Assembly: GCA_030390025.1 (NCBI GenBank)
Contig: CM059431.1
Coordinates: 150,848,001-150,912,000 of the forward strand
From: Squalus acanthias
Lineage: Eukaryota
Reading direction: 5' to 3'
Length of the DNA stretch: 64,000 nt
The first letter of the stretch is position 1. The number at the start of each line of letters is the position of its first letter. A model generated the notes under the pieces. It ran no database searches. It had not been told where the DNA came from and saw only the letters and a list, made by a program, of their open reading frames with translations. Position numbers and translations under genes: made by a program. Of the stretch, positions 37,831 to 49,735 are shown piece after piece.

Positions 37831-38735
37831 ACCCCCTCTCTCAGCTTTGTTTAGATAGCCAGAAAGGGGAGGAATGGCTTGTATTGGATGCCTCCCACTG
37901 CCTGATCTTGGGTTATCGCTGTGTATGCAGAAGTGCGGTTATGCCCGTAAATGCGCTACCAGCATGCTTTGTACAGGATGAAGATGCCCTTAAGAATGTG
38001 TCCAAGACATGGTCAGTCACGCTGAAGTCAGCACGACAAGAAATGGTTAATGTGGCTCTGGAGAGCGTAATGTGGAATGCAACTGGTTTGAGATCTGCAG
38101 AAGAGGATAGATCGAGATAGATATATAATGCTTATGAGATTTAGTTTTAGTGTTGGCCTTAACTAATCTAACGCCATCAGTGGGGTATTGCAAGGAAAGA
38201 GTTAATCAGACTGTCCTAAAGTTTACTAATGTTATACTATATTGGTTTATCTTTCTATAGCTTTAATGTTAATATTTAGCGTTTGCCTGTTAAGCAGAGA
38301 TGTACAAGTCTATTTAAAGTGACAGTGGACTGATGTGCCAGGGCCGTTCCTGCATCAATGGTCAGTCTCAGGATGAAGCAATAAGAGATTTATGTAACAC
38401 ATGTCATTGCAAACTGATTCATAAATTTCAGAGAACTTTCATCATTTGCTACAATGTGGGAAGATAGTTAGTTCCAGAACGGAAAATCGGGGCATGCATC
38501 ATCATTTTAATTGGCACGAAAGATCCAGAAATAAAGGTAGATTTATAATTAATGGTTTCCCTTGGTAGAATTGAAAAGCTGTGGATCAAGAGTGAAACTA
38601 TTGATAAGATAATGACTCGAAGGGAATTACGCTTGTAAGCCCACCAGTAAAAGTGATTGTTTAGTGAGGAAAACTAACCTTATTGATCAACGATTCGTCG
38701 ATGGAAGTCTCCATATATGGAGTTACATGTTAACA
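37830..38735 (+). repeat. Distal GPCR-cassette flank, paralogous to 42645-43372 (-) and 17480-17930 (-)
   Basis: Shared blocks such as gtcacgctga, agatctgcagaagag, aatcagactgtc, ggtcagtctcaggatgaagca, cttggtagaattgaaa. Confidence 0.8.
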
Positions 38736-38934
38736 ACGACAACACATTGGGGGAAACATTTGGTTGGTTTGCGCCTCCCATTTTCACCCTAAAAGGACGC
38801 TAATGGGTTGCAAGGCAACTAGTTCCAGGGCACGCCGGTTTTTGCGCCGCTCGCGAAATTGACGACATTTTGCGGCAGCACTGAACACTGCCACTACGAT
38901 CTCCTGCACCCGCAGATCGTGACGTCAGTTCCCT

Positions 38935-39112
38935 TTCCTCCTTTAAGACGCTCCTTAAAAACTACCTCTTCGACCAAGCTTTTGTTCATCTGGCCTAGCA
39001 TCTCCTTATATGGCTCGGTGTCCAATTTTTTTTAATAACACTCCTGTGAAGCGCTTTGGGACGATTTATTATGTTAAAGGTGCAATATAAATATACGTTG
39101 TTTCTGTTGTTA
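38935..39112 (+). mobile_element. L2-type LINE 3' tail
   Basis: cctttaagacgctccttaaaactacctcttcgaccaagc (FKTLLK.YLF)...gtgaagcgctttgggacg...tataaat; same tail type as the SINEs. Confidence 0.7.
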
Positions 39113-39159
39113 AAGTAAAAGGACAAAGGAAGTGATTGAATAAATGGAAAGTCTGAGAA

Positions 39160-39830
39160 TTTTACCTGTGCAGGTGAGTGAGGCCCCCCACCGTGGATCA
39201 GCCCATTGCTCATCTGTACTCAATGGTTAAAGATCAGAGCAATGTACCTGTACAGGTGAGTGAGGCCCCCACCGTGGATCAGCCCATTGCTCATCTGTAC
39301 TCAATGGTTAAACATCAGAGCAATGTACCTGTACAGGTGAGTGAGGCCCCCACCGTGGATCAGCCCATTGCTCATCTGTACTCAATGGTTAAAGATCAGA
39401 GCAATGTACCTGTACAGGTGAGTGAGGCCCCCCACGAGATATCAGTTCAGTGCCTGCCTGCTTTCGATGGTTAAACATCAGAGCAATTTACCTGTGCAAG
39501 TGAGTGAGGCTCCCACGGGGGATCAGCTCAGTGCCTGTATGCTCTCAATGGTTAAAGATCTGAGCAATGCACCTGTGCAGGTGAGCGAGGATCCCCACGG
39601 TGGATCAGCAGTTGCTCATCCGTTATCGATGAAAATAAAATCTATTCAATATAACTGAGCAGGTCAGTGAGTCTCCCCACAGTGGATCAGCCCACTGCTC
39701 ATCTGCTGCCAATGGTTAGAGATCTCAGCAATGCACCAGTGCAGATGCGTGAGTCCCCCCACGGTGGATCAGCCCTGTGCTTGTCTGTACTCATTAGTAA
39801 AAGATCTGAACAATGTTCCTCTACCTGATA
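39160..39830. repeat. About 81-bp minisatellite, about 8 copies
   Basis: acctgtacaggtgagtgaggcccccaccgtggatcagcccattgctc... repeated; 27-aa periodicity in ORF 39178. Confidence 0.95.
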
Positions 39831-39834
39831 AATC

Positions 39835-40120
39835 TGTGAGTGAGTCAAGTGAATGATAGAGAGAGACACGACCACAGGGAAATAGATAAATGTGTCACTT
39901 AATACATTGAGTGAAACAGAGACACACGGAACGAGAGATAGATTAATGTGGCACTGAATACAGTGAGTGACACAGAGAGACACCAACAGAGGGAGATCTA
40001 TAAAAGTGACACTGAATACAGTGAGTGACACCGAGAGACACCAACAGAGGGAGATATGTAAAGGTGAGACCAAATGCAATGAGTAATACAGAAAGAAACC
40101 AACAGAGAGAGAGAGACAGA
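39835..40120. repeat. About 58-bp tandem repeat, about 5 degenerate copies
   Basis: cagtgagtgacac at 39961 and 40019, with weaker neighbouring units. Confidence 0.8.
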
Positions 40121-40309
40121 GATCCAGGTGTGTATTAATAAATATAGTGTCACAGCAAGGGAACACTTTAATCAGGATTGTGCTGACTATACCCTATTAA
40201 AATTACCCCTGATCCCGTGTATCGGGGTAAAGAGATCAGCACTGTTCAGTGTAATACAAATTGACAATGAGAGGGCTGATTAAACACGGCCTGACTGAGT
40301 TGGAGCGCC

Positions 40310-40930
40310 CTAGTGTAATTTAAACAGAGACCTGGTCTAGTACAGTAATAAGTGAGACAGCGTCTAGTGTAATATAAACAGAGACAGGGTCTAGTGTAAT
40401 ATAAACAGAGATCTGGTCTAGTGCATTAATAACTGAGACAGGGTCTAGTGTAATATAAACAGAGGCAGGGCCTAGTGTAGTAATAACTGAGACAGGGTCT
40501 AGAGTGCTAGAAACAGAGACAGGGTCTAGTGTAATATAAACAGAGACAGGGTCTAGTGTAATATAAACAGAGACAAGGTCTAGTGCAGTAATAACTGAGA
40601 CAGGGTCTGGTATAATATAAACAGAGACAGGGTCTAGTGCATTAATTACTGAGACAGGGCCTAGTGTAATATAAACAGAGACAGGGTCTCGTATAATATA
40701 TACTGAGACAGGTTCTAATGCAGCCGTCACTGAGACAGGGTCTGGAGAGCTATAAACAGAGACAGGATCTAATGCAGTAATAACTGAGACAGGGTCCAGG
40801 GTAATGTAAACACAGACAGGGTCTAGTGCAGTAATAACTGTGACAGGCCTAGTGCAACATAAACAGAGACAGTGTCTAGTGCAGTAATAACTGTGACAGG
40901 CCTAGTGCAACATAAACAGAGACAGGGTCG
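40310..40930. repeat. 27-bp minisatellite with two interspersed unit types; resumes at 41607-41640
   Basis: gagacagggtctagtgtaatataaaca and gagacagggtctagtgcagtaataact units. Confidence 0.95.
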
Positions 40931-40934
40931 TGCA

Positions 40935-41606
40935 GGAAACACAGAAAGCTAGCATGCAGGTACAGCAAGCAAAAAGGAAGGGAAATGGCATGTCGGCTTT
41001 TATTGCAAGGTGGTTGGAGTATAAGAGTTAGGAAGTCTTGTTTCATTGTACAGGGCCTTGGTGAGCCCACACATGGAGTACTGTGTATAGTTTTGGTCTC
41101 CTTATCTAAGGACGGATATACTTGCCTTGGAGGGGGTGCTGCGAAGGTTCACTAGATTGATACCTGGGATGAGAGGGCTGTCCTATGACGAGAGATTGTT
41201 TAGAATGGGGCTATACTCTCTGGAGTTTAGAAGAATGAGAGGTGATCTCATTGAAATATACAAAATTCTAGAGGGGATTGACAGGGTAGATGCTGAGAGG
41301 TTGTTTCCCCTGGCTGGAGTGTTTAGAACCAATGGACGTCGTCTAAGGATAAGGGGTAGGCCATTTAAGACTGAGATGAGGAGGAATTTCTTCACTCAGA
41401 TGGCAGTGAATCTTTGGAATTATCTGCCCCAGAGTGCTGTGAAGGCTGAGATAGATAGTTTATTGGACTCTAGGGGAATCAAGGATATGGAGATCGGGCG
41501 GGAAAGTGGAGTTGAGGTCGACGATCAGCCATGATCTAATTGAATGGCGGAGCAGGCTCGAGGGGCCGTATGGCCTACTCCTGCTCTTATTTCTTTTGTT
41601 CTTATG
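40935..41606 (+). mobile_element. CR1 3' fragment inserted in the 27-bp minisatellite
   Basis: EGVLRRFTRLIPGM...FFTQMAVNLWN; tail ttcttatg. Confidence 0.9.
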
Positions 41607-42644
41607 TCTAGTGCAGTAATAACTGAGACAGGGTCTAGTGTGACGTCAGTCTGTGTGACGTCAGTCTGCAGTCTTTGTGATGTCAGCAGCCTGTGTGTGT
41701 CGCTGAGCTTCAGTCAGGGTTACTCTTTCTTGCCCTGTGTTTGAGGAACGTGTGTCTGCTGGCTGTCTGACGTGCCGTCGGCCATGTTTGACGGCTATGG
41801 GAATTGAGGGGAACACAGCAAATGTTAATTTAGCAATAGAGGAAAAGACAATATCAGGGATATGGTAACTGTTTAATCATAAATAGAGTGTCTCAAGGAA
41901 ACAATATAAATATTTAATTAGAAACAGGGGCGGGGAATCACAAACATATGGATTAGAATTTGACACGGCAATGCAATGGTTAACTTTTGAATGCCTTTGC
42001 TTTCTGCTTTATCTGTTGAATTTGGATGATGTGGTTGATTACACATCGCCTGCTCACGATTGTAGCTGGGTGCAGATACAGCGCTCACTGACGGCATTAA
42101 ATACTGTTGGTCGTCTGAATCCAGTTAAATGAGAATGTGCCTATTGCACAAAAAGGCCCGCAACTCATCGCCGCTTCCCCCAAAAGCTGGATGCGAGCCG
42201 GAGAAGCAGAGCCTGGGCTCCCCGGGGACCTTAAACCATGTGGAGTTTGTTTGTTTTGGCAACGTCAGCATAAAGTGGAACGTGAGTTACGGGTAAAGGG
42301 GGCACTTAATCACAGTTAATAAATGAAGCCCATGGACAATTATAGTACTAAGACTGTTGTTAGAGTAAACTTTTCAACAAGGTTCTTGATACTTGGACTG
42401 AGGTTTCATAGGTTTATTCAGCACACAGTATATGCAATAGTATTTAAACATACCCGTAAAAGGTAGCACATGCAACCACAGCTGATGATAGTTGATTAGG
42501 GATTGAGAATTCTTACACTTCTGAGCTCAGTACCTTAGGCTTTCACGAATCGGAATACTCAGTACAAACAGCCAGTTGTATTAAAATTCTCTCGCTCCCT
42601 CTCCGTGAACATCCACACAATGTTGCATTATATAACTATATGAA

Positions 42645-43375
42645 AGTTAAAATGTAACTCCATAGAAGGAGACTTTCATCGACCTATCCTTGATCAATAA
42701 GGATAGTTTTCCTTATTAACGATCTCCTTGTCTGATGGGCTTACAAGTGTAATTACCTCAGAATCGTTAACTTATTGTCAGTTTCACTCTTGATCAACAA
42801 CATTTCAATTCTACCAAGTGAAACCGTTAATTATAAGTCTGCGTTTGATTTTGTATCATTCCTACCAATTAAAATGATGATGTATGCCCCGATATTTTCC
42901 GATGTAGACCTAACTGCCTTCCAACATTGTAGCAAGTTATTAAAATTCTCTGAAATTTTTGAATCAGATTGCAATGGCATGTGTTTAATTAAGTCTCTAA
43001 CTGCTTCATCCTGAGACTGACCACTGCTACATGGTCAGCTCTGGCCCAGCAGTCCACTGGTACTTTAAATTGACTTATTCTTCCCTACTTAACAGAGAAA
43101 GGCTAAAGATTAGCATTACTACAATTTAAAGATAAACCAATACAGTATAACACTATCAGACTTTACGACAGTCTGATTAAACCTTTACCTACAATCTTCC
43201 CTCTGTTTGAGCTAGATTACTTAAGGCCAACGCTATGCAATACCTCATCAACATCATATATCTATCACGATATTTTCTCTTCTGCAGATCTCTACCCATT
43301 TGTTTTAAATCTTACTCTCTCCAGAGCTACATTAATTATTTCATGTAGTGGTGATGTCAGCGTGACGGACCATGT
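42645..43375 (-). repeat. Distal flank of the inverted GPCR cassette
   Basis: Reverse complement of 38010-38735; continues at 46965 after the CR1 insertions. Confidence 0.8.
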
Positions 43376-46300
43376 ATTAAATAGGATTACATAGCATTAC
43401 ATATGATATACGGCACTGAAAAAGGCTCTGCGGCCCGAGCAGTCCATGTCGCTTTTTATGCTCGACTTGAATCTATTCCTGTTTTTCCCAATCTAAATCT
43501 ATCAGCATAGCCCTCTATTCGCTTCTCTCTCATATGCTTGTCTAGACTCCCCTCCACTTAAATGCATCTATGTATACTATTCACGTCACTCTTGCCCTGA
43601 ATTTCAAATTCAGTTTGAGGGTGAGAAAGCTAGATCTCAAACTAGTGTGCTAACTTAAATAAATATAATTACAAAGGTATGAAGGCAAACTTGTTTAAGA
43701 TGGACTGGGAAAATATATTACAGGGTAGGACTGTATAAAAGCAGTGGCAAACATTTAAGGAGATATTTCATAACTCTCAGCAAAGATATATTTCAATGAG
43801 AAAGAAAGACTCTAGAGAAGGATGAAGCATCCGGGCCTGACTAAGGAAGTAAAGGATGGTATCAAATTGAAAACAAAGCATACAATGTTGAGAAGAATAG
43901 TGGAAGGCCGAGGATTGGGAATTTTTTTAAACCAGCAATAGACGGACGACTAAAAAAATGATAGAGAGAGAGGATAGCTTATGACAGTTAGCTAGCAAGA
44001 AATACAAAAACAGACAGTAAGAGCTTCTACAGGTATATACAAAGTAAGAGAGTAGCCAATGTAAAAGTTGGTCCGCTAGAGGATGAGTCTGCAGAATTAA
44101 TAATGGCAAACAGGGAAATGGCAGAGACTTGAACAAATATTTTTTATCGGTCTTCACGGTAGAAGACACGAAAAGCATCCCAATAATGGATAATCAAGGG
44201 ACTATTGGGGTGATGAGGGGGGACTTAAAAAAATCACTATCACGAGAGAAAAATACTAGGCAATCTAATGGGACTAAAGGTGGACAGGTCCCCTGGACCC
44301 GATGGCCGGCATCGTAGGGTCTTACAAGAGGTGGTTGCAGAGATAGTGGATGCATTGGTTGTAATCTAACAAAATTCCCTGGATTCTAGAGAGGTCCCAG
44401 CGGACTGGAATACCGCAAATGTAACGCCTCTATTTAAGAAAGGAGGGAGACAAACAGGAAGCAACTATCGGCCAGTTAGTCTAACATCTGTCATTGGGAA
44501 AATGCTGGAGTCCATCATTAAGGAAGTGGTAGCAGGACATTTAGAATATCATAATATAGTCAAGCAGAGTCAGCATGGTTTTATGAAAGGTAAATCATGT
44601 TTGACAAATTTGCTGGAATTCTTTGAAGAGGTAACGAGCAGCATGGATAGAGGGGAACCAATAGATGTCGTATATTTAGATTTCCAGAGGGCATTCGATA
44701 AGGTGCCACGTAAAAGGTTACTGCACAAGATAAGAGCTCACGGGGTTGGGGGTAATATATGAGCATGGATAGAGGATTGGCTAACTGACGGAAAAAAGAT
44801 AGTCGGGATAAATGGGTCATTTTCAGGTTGGCAAACTGTAACTAGCGGGGTGCTACAGGGATTAGTGCTGGGGCCTCAACTAGTTACAATCTATATTAAT
44901 GACTTGGATGAAGGGACCGAGTGTAATGTAATCAAATTTGCTGAAGATACAAAGACAGGTGGGAAAGCAAACTGTTTGGAGAACGCAAAGAATCTCCAAA
45001 TGGATATAGATAGGCTAAGTGAGTGTTCAAAAATCTGGCAGATGGAGTATAATTTAGGAAAATGGGAGATTATCCACTTTGGTAGGAAAAATAAAAAAGC
45101 AAATTATTATTTCAATGGGGAGAGATTGCAAAATGCTGAGGTACAGAGGGATCATGGTATCCTTTTACATGAATCACAAAAAGTTAGCATGCAGGTAAAG
45201 CAATTAATTAGGAAGGCAAATGGAAAGTTGGCGTTTATTGCAAAGGGAATGGAGTATAGAAGTAGGAAATCCTGTTACAACTGTACAGGTTGTTGGTGAG
45301 ACCACACCTGGAGTACTGCGTACAGTTTTGGTCTCCTTATTTAAGGAAGGATATACCCGCAATGGAGATAGTTTAGAGAAGGTTCACGAGTTTGATTCCG
45401 GAGATGAAGGGGTTGTCTTATGAAGAACGGTTGAGCAGGTTGGGCCTATACTCATTGGAGTTTAGAAGAATGAGAGGCGATCTTATTGAAACATATAAGA
45501 TTCTGAAGGGACTTGACAGGGTCGATGCAGAGAAGGTGTTTCCACTCGTGGGGGAATCTAGATTTAGTGGGCAAAGTTTCAGAATAAGGGGGCACACATT
45601 TAAAACATGTGAGTAGGAATTTCTTCTCTCACAGGACCGTGAATCTTTGGTATTCTGTCCCCCAAAAAGCTGTGGAGGTTGGGTCATTGGATATATTTAA
45701 TTTGGAGATAAACAGATTTTTGATTGGTAAGGGAGTTAAGGGTTATGGGGAGCGGGCAGGGAAGTGGAGTTGAGGCCAAGGTCAGATCAGCCATGATCTT
45801 AATGAATTGCGGAGCAGGCTCGAGGGGCCAAATGACTTACTCCTGCTCCTACTACTTACTATGTTCTTATGTTCTGTGGCAGCGAGTTCCACATTCTCAC
45901 CACGCTTTGGGTAATGAAGGTTCTTCTGAATTACCTGTTGGATTTCTTGTTGACTATCTCATATTGATGGCCTCCAGTTATGCTCTTCCAAACAAGTTGT
46001 AACATTGTCTCTGTATCCACTCTATCAAATCCTTTCATAATTTTATAGACCTCTATTAGTTCAATCCTCAGCCTTCTTTTTTCAAGAGAATAGAGACCCA
46101 GACTGTTCTTCATTTCCTGATATGTATACCTTCACATTTCTGGTATCATCCTTGTAAATCTTCTCTGCAACCTCTCCAGTGCCTCTATATCCTTTTTATA
46201 ATATGGCGACCAGAACGGCACGCAGTATTCTAAGTGTGGTCTAACCAAGGTTCGATACAGGTTCAGCATATTTTCTCTACTTTTCAATTGTATCCCTCCA

Positions 46301-46963
46301 GAAATAAACCCAAGTGCTTGGTTTGCATTTTAATGGCCTTGCTAACCTGTGGCGCAAATTTACGTGATTTGTGCATTTGTACTCCTAGATCCCTTTGTGC
46401 CTCTACCCCACCTAGGCTCGCACCCTACAAGTGATAAGTGACCTCCCTATTCTTCCTATCTAAATGTAATACCTCACATTTGTCTGTGTTGAATTTCATT
46501 TGCCAATTTTTTGACATTCTGCAAGGTTATTAATGCCCTCCTGTAATTTGTTGCAGTCCTCCTCAATATTGGCAATCACCCCCCCCCCTTTGTTATAATC
46601 CACAAATTTAGAATTTGTGTTTTTGATTACAAAGTCTAAATCGTTAATATAAGTTGGGAACAGCAGTGGTCCCAGCACTGATCCTTGTGGAACACCACGA
46701 GCCAACTTCTGCCACTGTGAATCGCCACCCTTTACTCCCACTCTCTGCTTTCTGTCTTGAAACATGCTAGCTATCCATTCTGCTAATTGTACCCTGACTC
46801 CGCATTCTCTGACCTTATTCATTAGTCCATTCTGTGGTACCTTATCGAAGGCCTTTTGTAAATCTAGATAAATTCCATCTGCTGAATTCCCCTTGTCGAC
46901 TCTCTATGTTAACTCTTCAAAAAATTCAATAAGTTGGTCAAGCAAGATTTTCCCTTTTGAAAT
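43376..46963 (-). mobile_element. CR1 3' part (43376-43600 and 45875-46963) hosting an opposite-strand CR1
   Basis: Tail (ataggattac)-like at 43381; GVPQGSVLGPLLF...INDLD on the minus strand; ccatgt at both flanks. Confidence 0.8.
43601..45872 (+). mobile_element. CR1 ORF2 3' part nested in the minus-strand CR1
   Basis: QHGFMKGKSCLTNLLEFFE...YLDFQRAFDKVP; KFAEDTK; tail (tatgttct). Confidence 0.9.
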
Positions 46964-46964
46964 C

Positions 46965-48029
46965 CATGTCTTGGACCCATTCTTCAGGGCATCTTCATCA
47001 TGCAAATCTCATGCTGGTCTCGCATTCACGTGCAACACATCACATCTATCTAAAGATTGGATATCTGAAGGTGTTTCATTATAATCTCTCCACGCCTGGT
47101 CCCGATGTTTCGGGATTGAATCGATACAAGCAGACTACTTCCATTAATTGAGGGATCACAAAATAACGGCCATATATTAAATAATAAATGTAAGACATAT
47201 AGAACTGAGGTTAGCAGGAATCTCTGTACCCGGAGAGTCGTGCGGCTGTGGAATTCACAGACTCAGAAATTATTCCAATATTCAAGATTAAATTAGATAG
47301 ATTGATGAATGAAAATAGATCGAAGACATGTCGAGGCAGAGCCGGTAAAGGGATTGGAACTTTTTGCTCGGGTGGATGGTGAACTGCAGCAGGGACTGGT
47401 TGGGTCGAATGCTCAATTCCCCAGTTATAACATTCCAACCTTGTGATGACCAGTTGTGATTTTAAGTAAATATCTGTGAACAAAGATGTCTAATGTCACA
47501 TTGAGCAGTCATGTTCCTACTGTCTCCATCATTAGACACTGATGAGGAGACAAGGTCCCGTTCTATTGGTCCAGGAGACAATGGGGGGCGGAGACTGATG
47601 GAGAGTCCAGCGCCCAGAGCGTTCGCACGAAGATTACAGAAGAATTAAAATGACCAGGATTGTAAAATCATTCGTTGGTTCTGCACTAGATAAAGCTTTA
47701 TCTGTTAATTAAACTGAGCGTCTTATTCCAGTATCTGCGGTGTGAGACAGTTAACGTTGACGTCCACATGTTCTACTCCACAGCTGAAGTTCGATCATTA
47801 CTGTTCTCTTTGAATCTTGAGCGGAAAGTGCTCTGTTTTAGCGGGAATCGATTATGTTCACCCGGGGAAAGCAGCAGACATCAAACACACGGCACAAAAT
47901 TGGAGAAATATTTCCTGCAATCTCTTCATTTTCACAAGAACTACCCGCTTTTATCCCAAGAGAAAGATTGCCATTCTAAAACGGAACACGGGCGGTAATT
48001 GAGCTCTAGTTAGGACAGGAAGTTATGGT
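46965..48029 (-). repeat. Proximal downstream flank of the inverted GPCR paralog
   Basis: Reverse complement of 33347-34260 (e.g. ccgtgttccgttttagaatggcaatct, ccccgggtg.acataatcgattcccgctaaaacag). Confidence 0.9.
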
Positions 48030-48305
48030 TTAATTCTTCATTTTATTAACCAATATCAGAATCAATGTCCAAGGAGATTTCACCAACTTCACCAACTCTT
48101 CCATGAATTTGGTTTGGGTCGCTGCACAAATACAGGTGTTTGTACAGGAACTCAAATACATGAGCAGATATCCCGTTTCTGTGGCGACATAACAAGGGGC
48201 TGCATAATCGCCTCGATAATGCGAGATGTTTGCCAGTCTGGCAGTTAAAAAGCTGACGGCAGTAGTCAGCCACAACACTATAGAACTACCTGATACACTG
48301 AACAC
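48030..48305 (-). pseudogene. Truncated GPCR paralog (TM6-TM7 and C-tail only)
   Basis: FSVSGSSIVLWLT...LMYLSSCTNTCICAATQTKF..ELVKLVKSPWTLILILVNKMKN*; 5' side abuts satellite. Confidence 0.9.
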
Positions 48306-49735
48306 TGGTGACCCTACTCTAACATTGCTGGTGGTGACACTATTCTAATATTACTGGTGGTGACCGGACTCTAACATTACTGGTGGTGATTCTACTATAA
48401 CATTACTGGTGTTGACCCGAATCGAACATTACTCGTGGTGACTCTACTCTAACATTACTGGTGGTGATCCTACTCTAATATTGCTGGTGGTGACTCTACT
48501 GTAACATTGCTGGTGGTGATCCTACTCTAACATTTCTGGTGGTGAATCTACACTAACATTACTGGTGGTGATTCTACTCTATCATTACTGGTGGTGAACC
48601 GACTCTAACATTTCTGTTGGTGACTCTACTCTAACATTACTGGTGGTGATCCTACTCTAACATTACTGGTGGTGACCCGACTCTAACATTGCTGATGGTG
48701 ACTCTACTCTAACATTACTGGTGGTTATCCTACTCTAACATTAATGGTGGTGACTCTACTCTAACATTACTGGTGGTGATTCGACTCTAACGTTACGTTT
48801 GGTGAATCTAATATGACGAGGTGATTCATTTTGGTAGAGCAAATTTGAATAAGGATGACAGGGTCAATGGCAGGGTTCTGAGGAACGTGGAGGAACAGAG
48901 GGATCTGGGGGTTCATATCCACAGATCTCTGAAGGTTGCCACTCAAGTGGATAGAGCAGTAAAGAAGGCCGAAAGTGTGTTAGCGTTTATTAACAAGGGG
49001 TTTGAGTTTAAGAACCGTGAGGTTATGCTGCAACTGTACAGGACCTTGGTGAGACCACATTTGGAATATTGTGTGCAGTTCTGGTCACCTCACTATAGAA
49101 AGGACGTGGAAGCATTGGAAACAGTGCAAAGGAGATTTACCAGGATGCTGTCTGGTTTGGGGGGGAGGTCGTATGAGGAACGATTGAGGGAGCTAAGGCT
49201 TTTCTCTTTAGAGCGGAGGAGGATGAGAGGCGACTTAATAGAGGTTTATAAGATGATGAGGGGGATAGATAGAGTGGATGTTCAGATACTATTTCCTCGG
49301 GTAGGGGCAGCTGTTACAAGGGGGCATAACTATAAGGTGCATGGGGGGAGATATAGAAGGGATGTCCGAGGTAGATTCTCTACTCAGAGAGTGGTTGGGG
49401 TGTGGAATGGAATGCCTGCTGTGATAGTGGAGTCGGACACTTTAGGAACTTTCAAGCGTTTATTGGATAAGCACATGGAGCACACCAGAATGATAGGGAG
49501 TGGGATAGCTTGATCTTGGTTTCGGACAATGCTCGGCACAACATCGAGGGCCGAAGGGCCTGTACTGTGCTGTACTGTTCTATGTTGTATGTACTATGTT
49601 CTATGACATTACTGGTGGTGTCCATAATCTTACATTACTGGTGGTGAATATACATTAATTACTGGTGGTGAATATAATCTAACTTTACTGGTGGTGAACC
49701 TACCCTAACATTACTGCTGGTGACCCTACGCTAAC
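48306..49735 (+). repeat. 26-bp satellite array split by a CR1 (48306-48810, 49606-49735)
   Basis: ctactctaacattactggtggtga units. Confidence 0.9.
48815..49605 (+). mobile_element. Relatively well-preserved CR1 3' fragment
   Basis: Uninterrupted 230-codon C-terminal ORF2; tail tgttcta-like repeats. Confidence 0.95.

Noticed and set aside
39178..39474. 98-aa ORF with 27-aa repeats
   Set aside because: A product of the 81-bp minisatellite period.
40320..40730. 136-aa repetitive ORF (LDPVSVYIT)n
   Set aside because: Translation of a 27-bp minisatellite; no splice or start context.
42350..42645. Possible solo LTR (minus-strand AATAAA followed by ...AACA end)
   Set aside because: No TSD, matching other end or second copy found.
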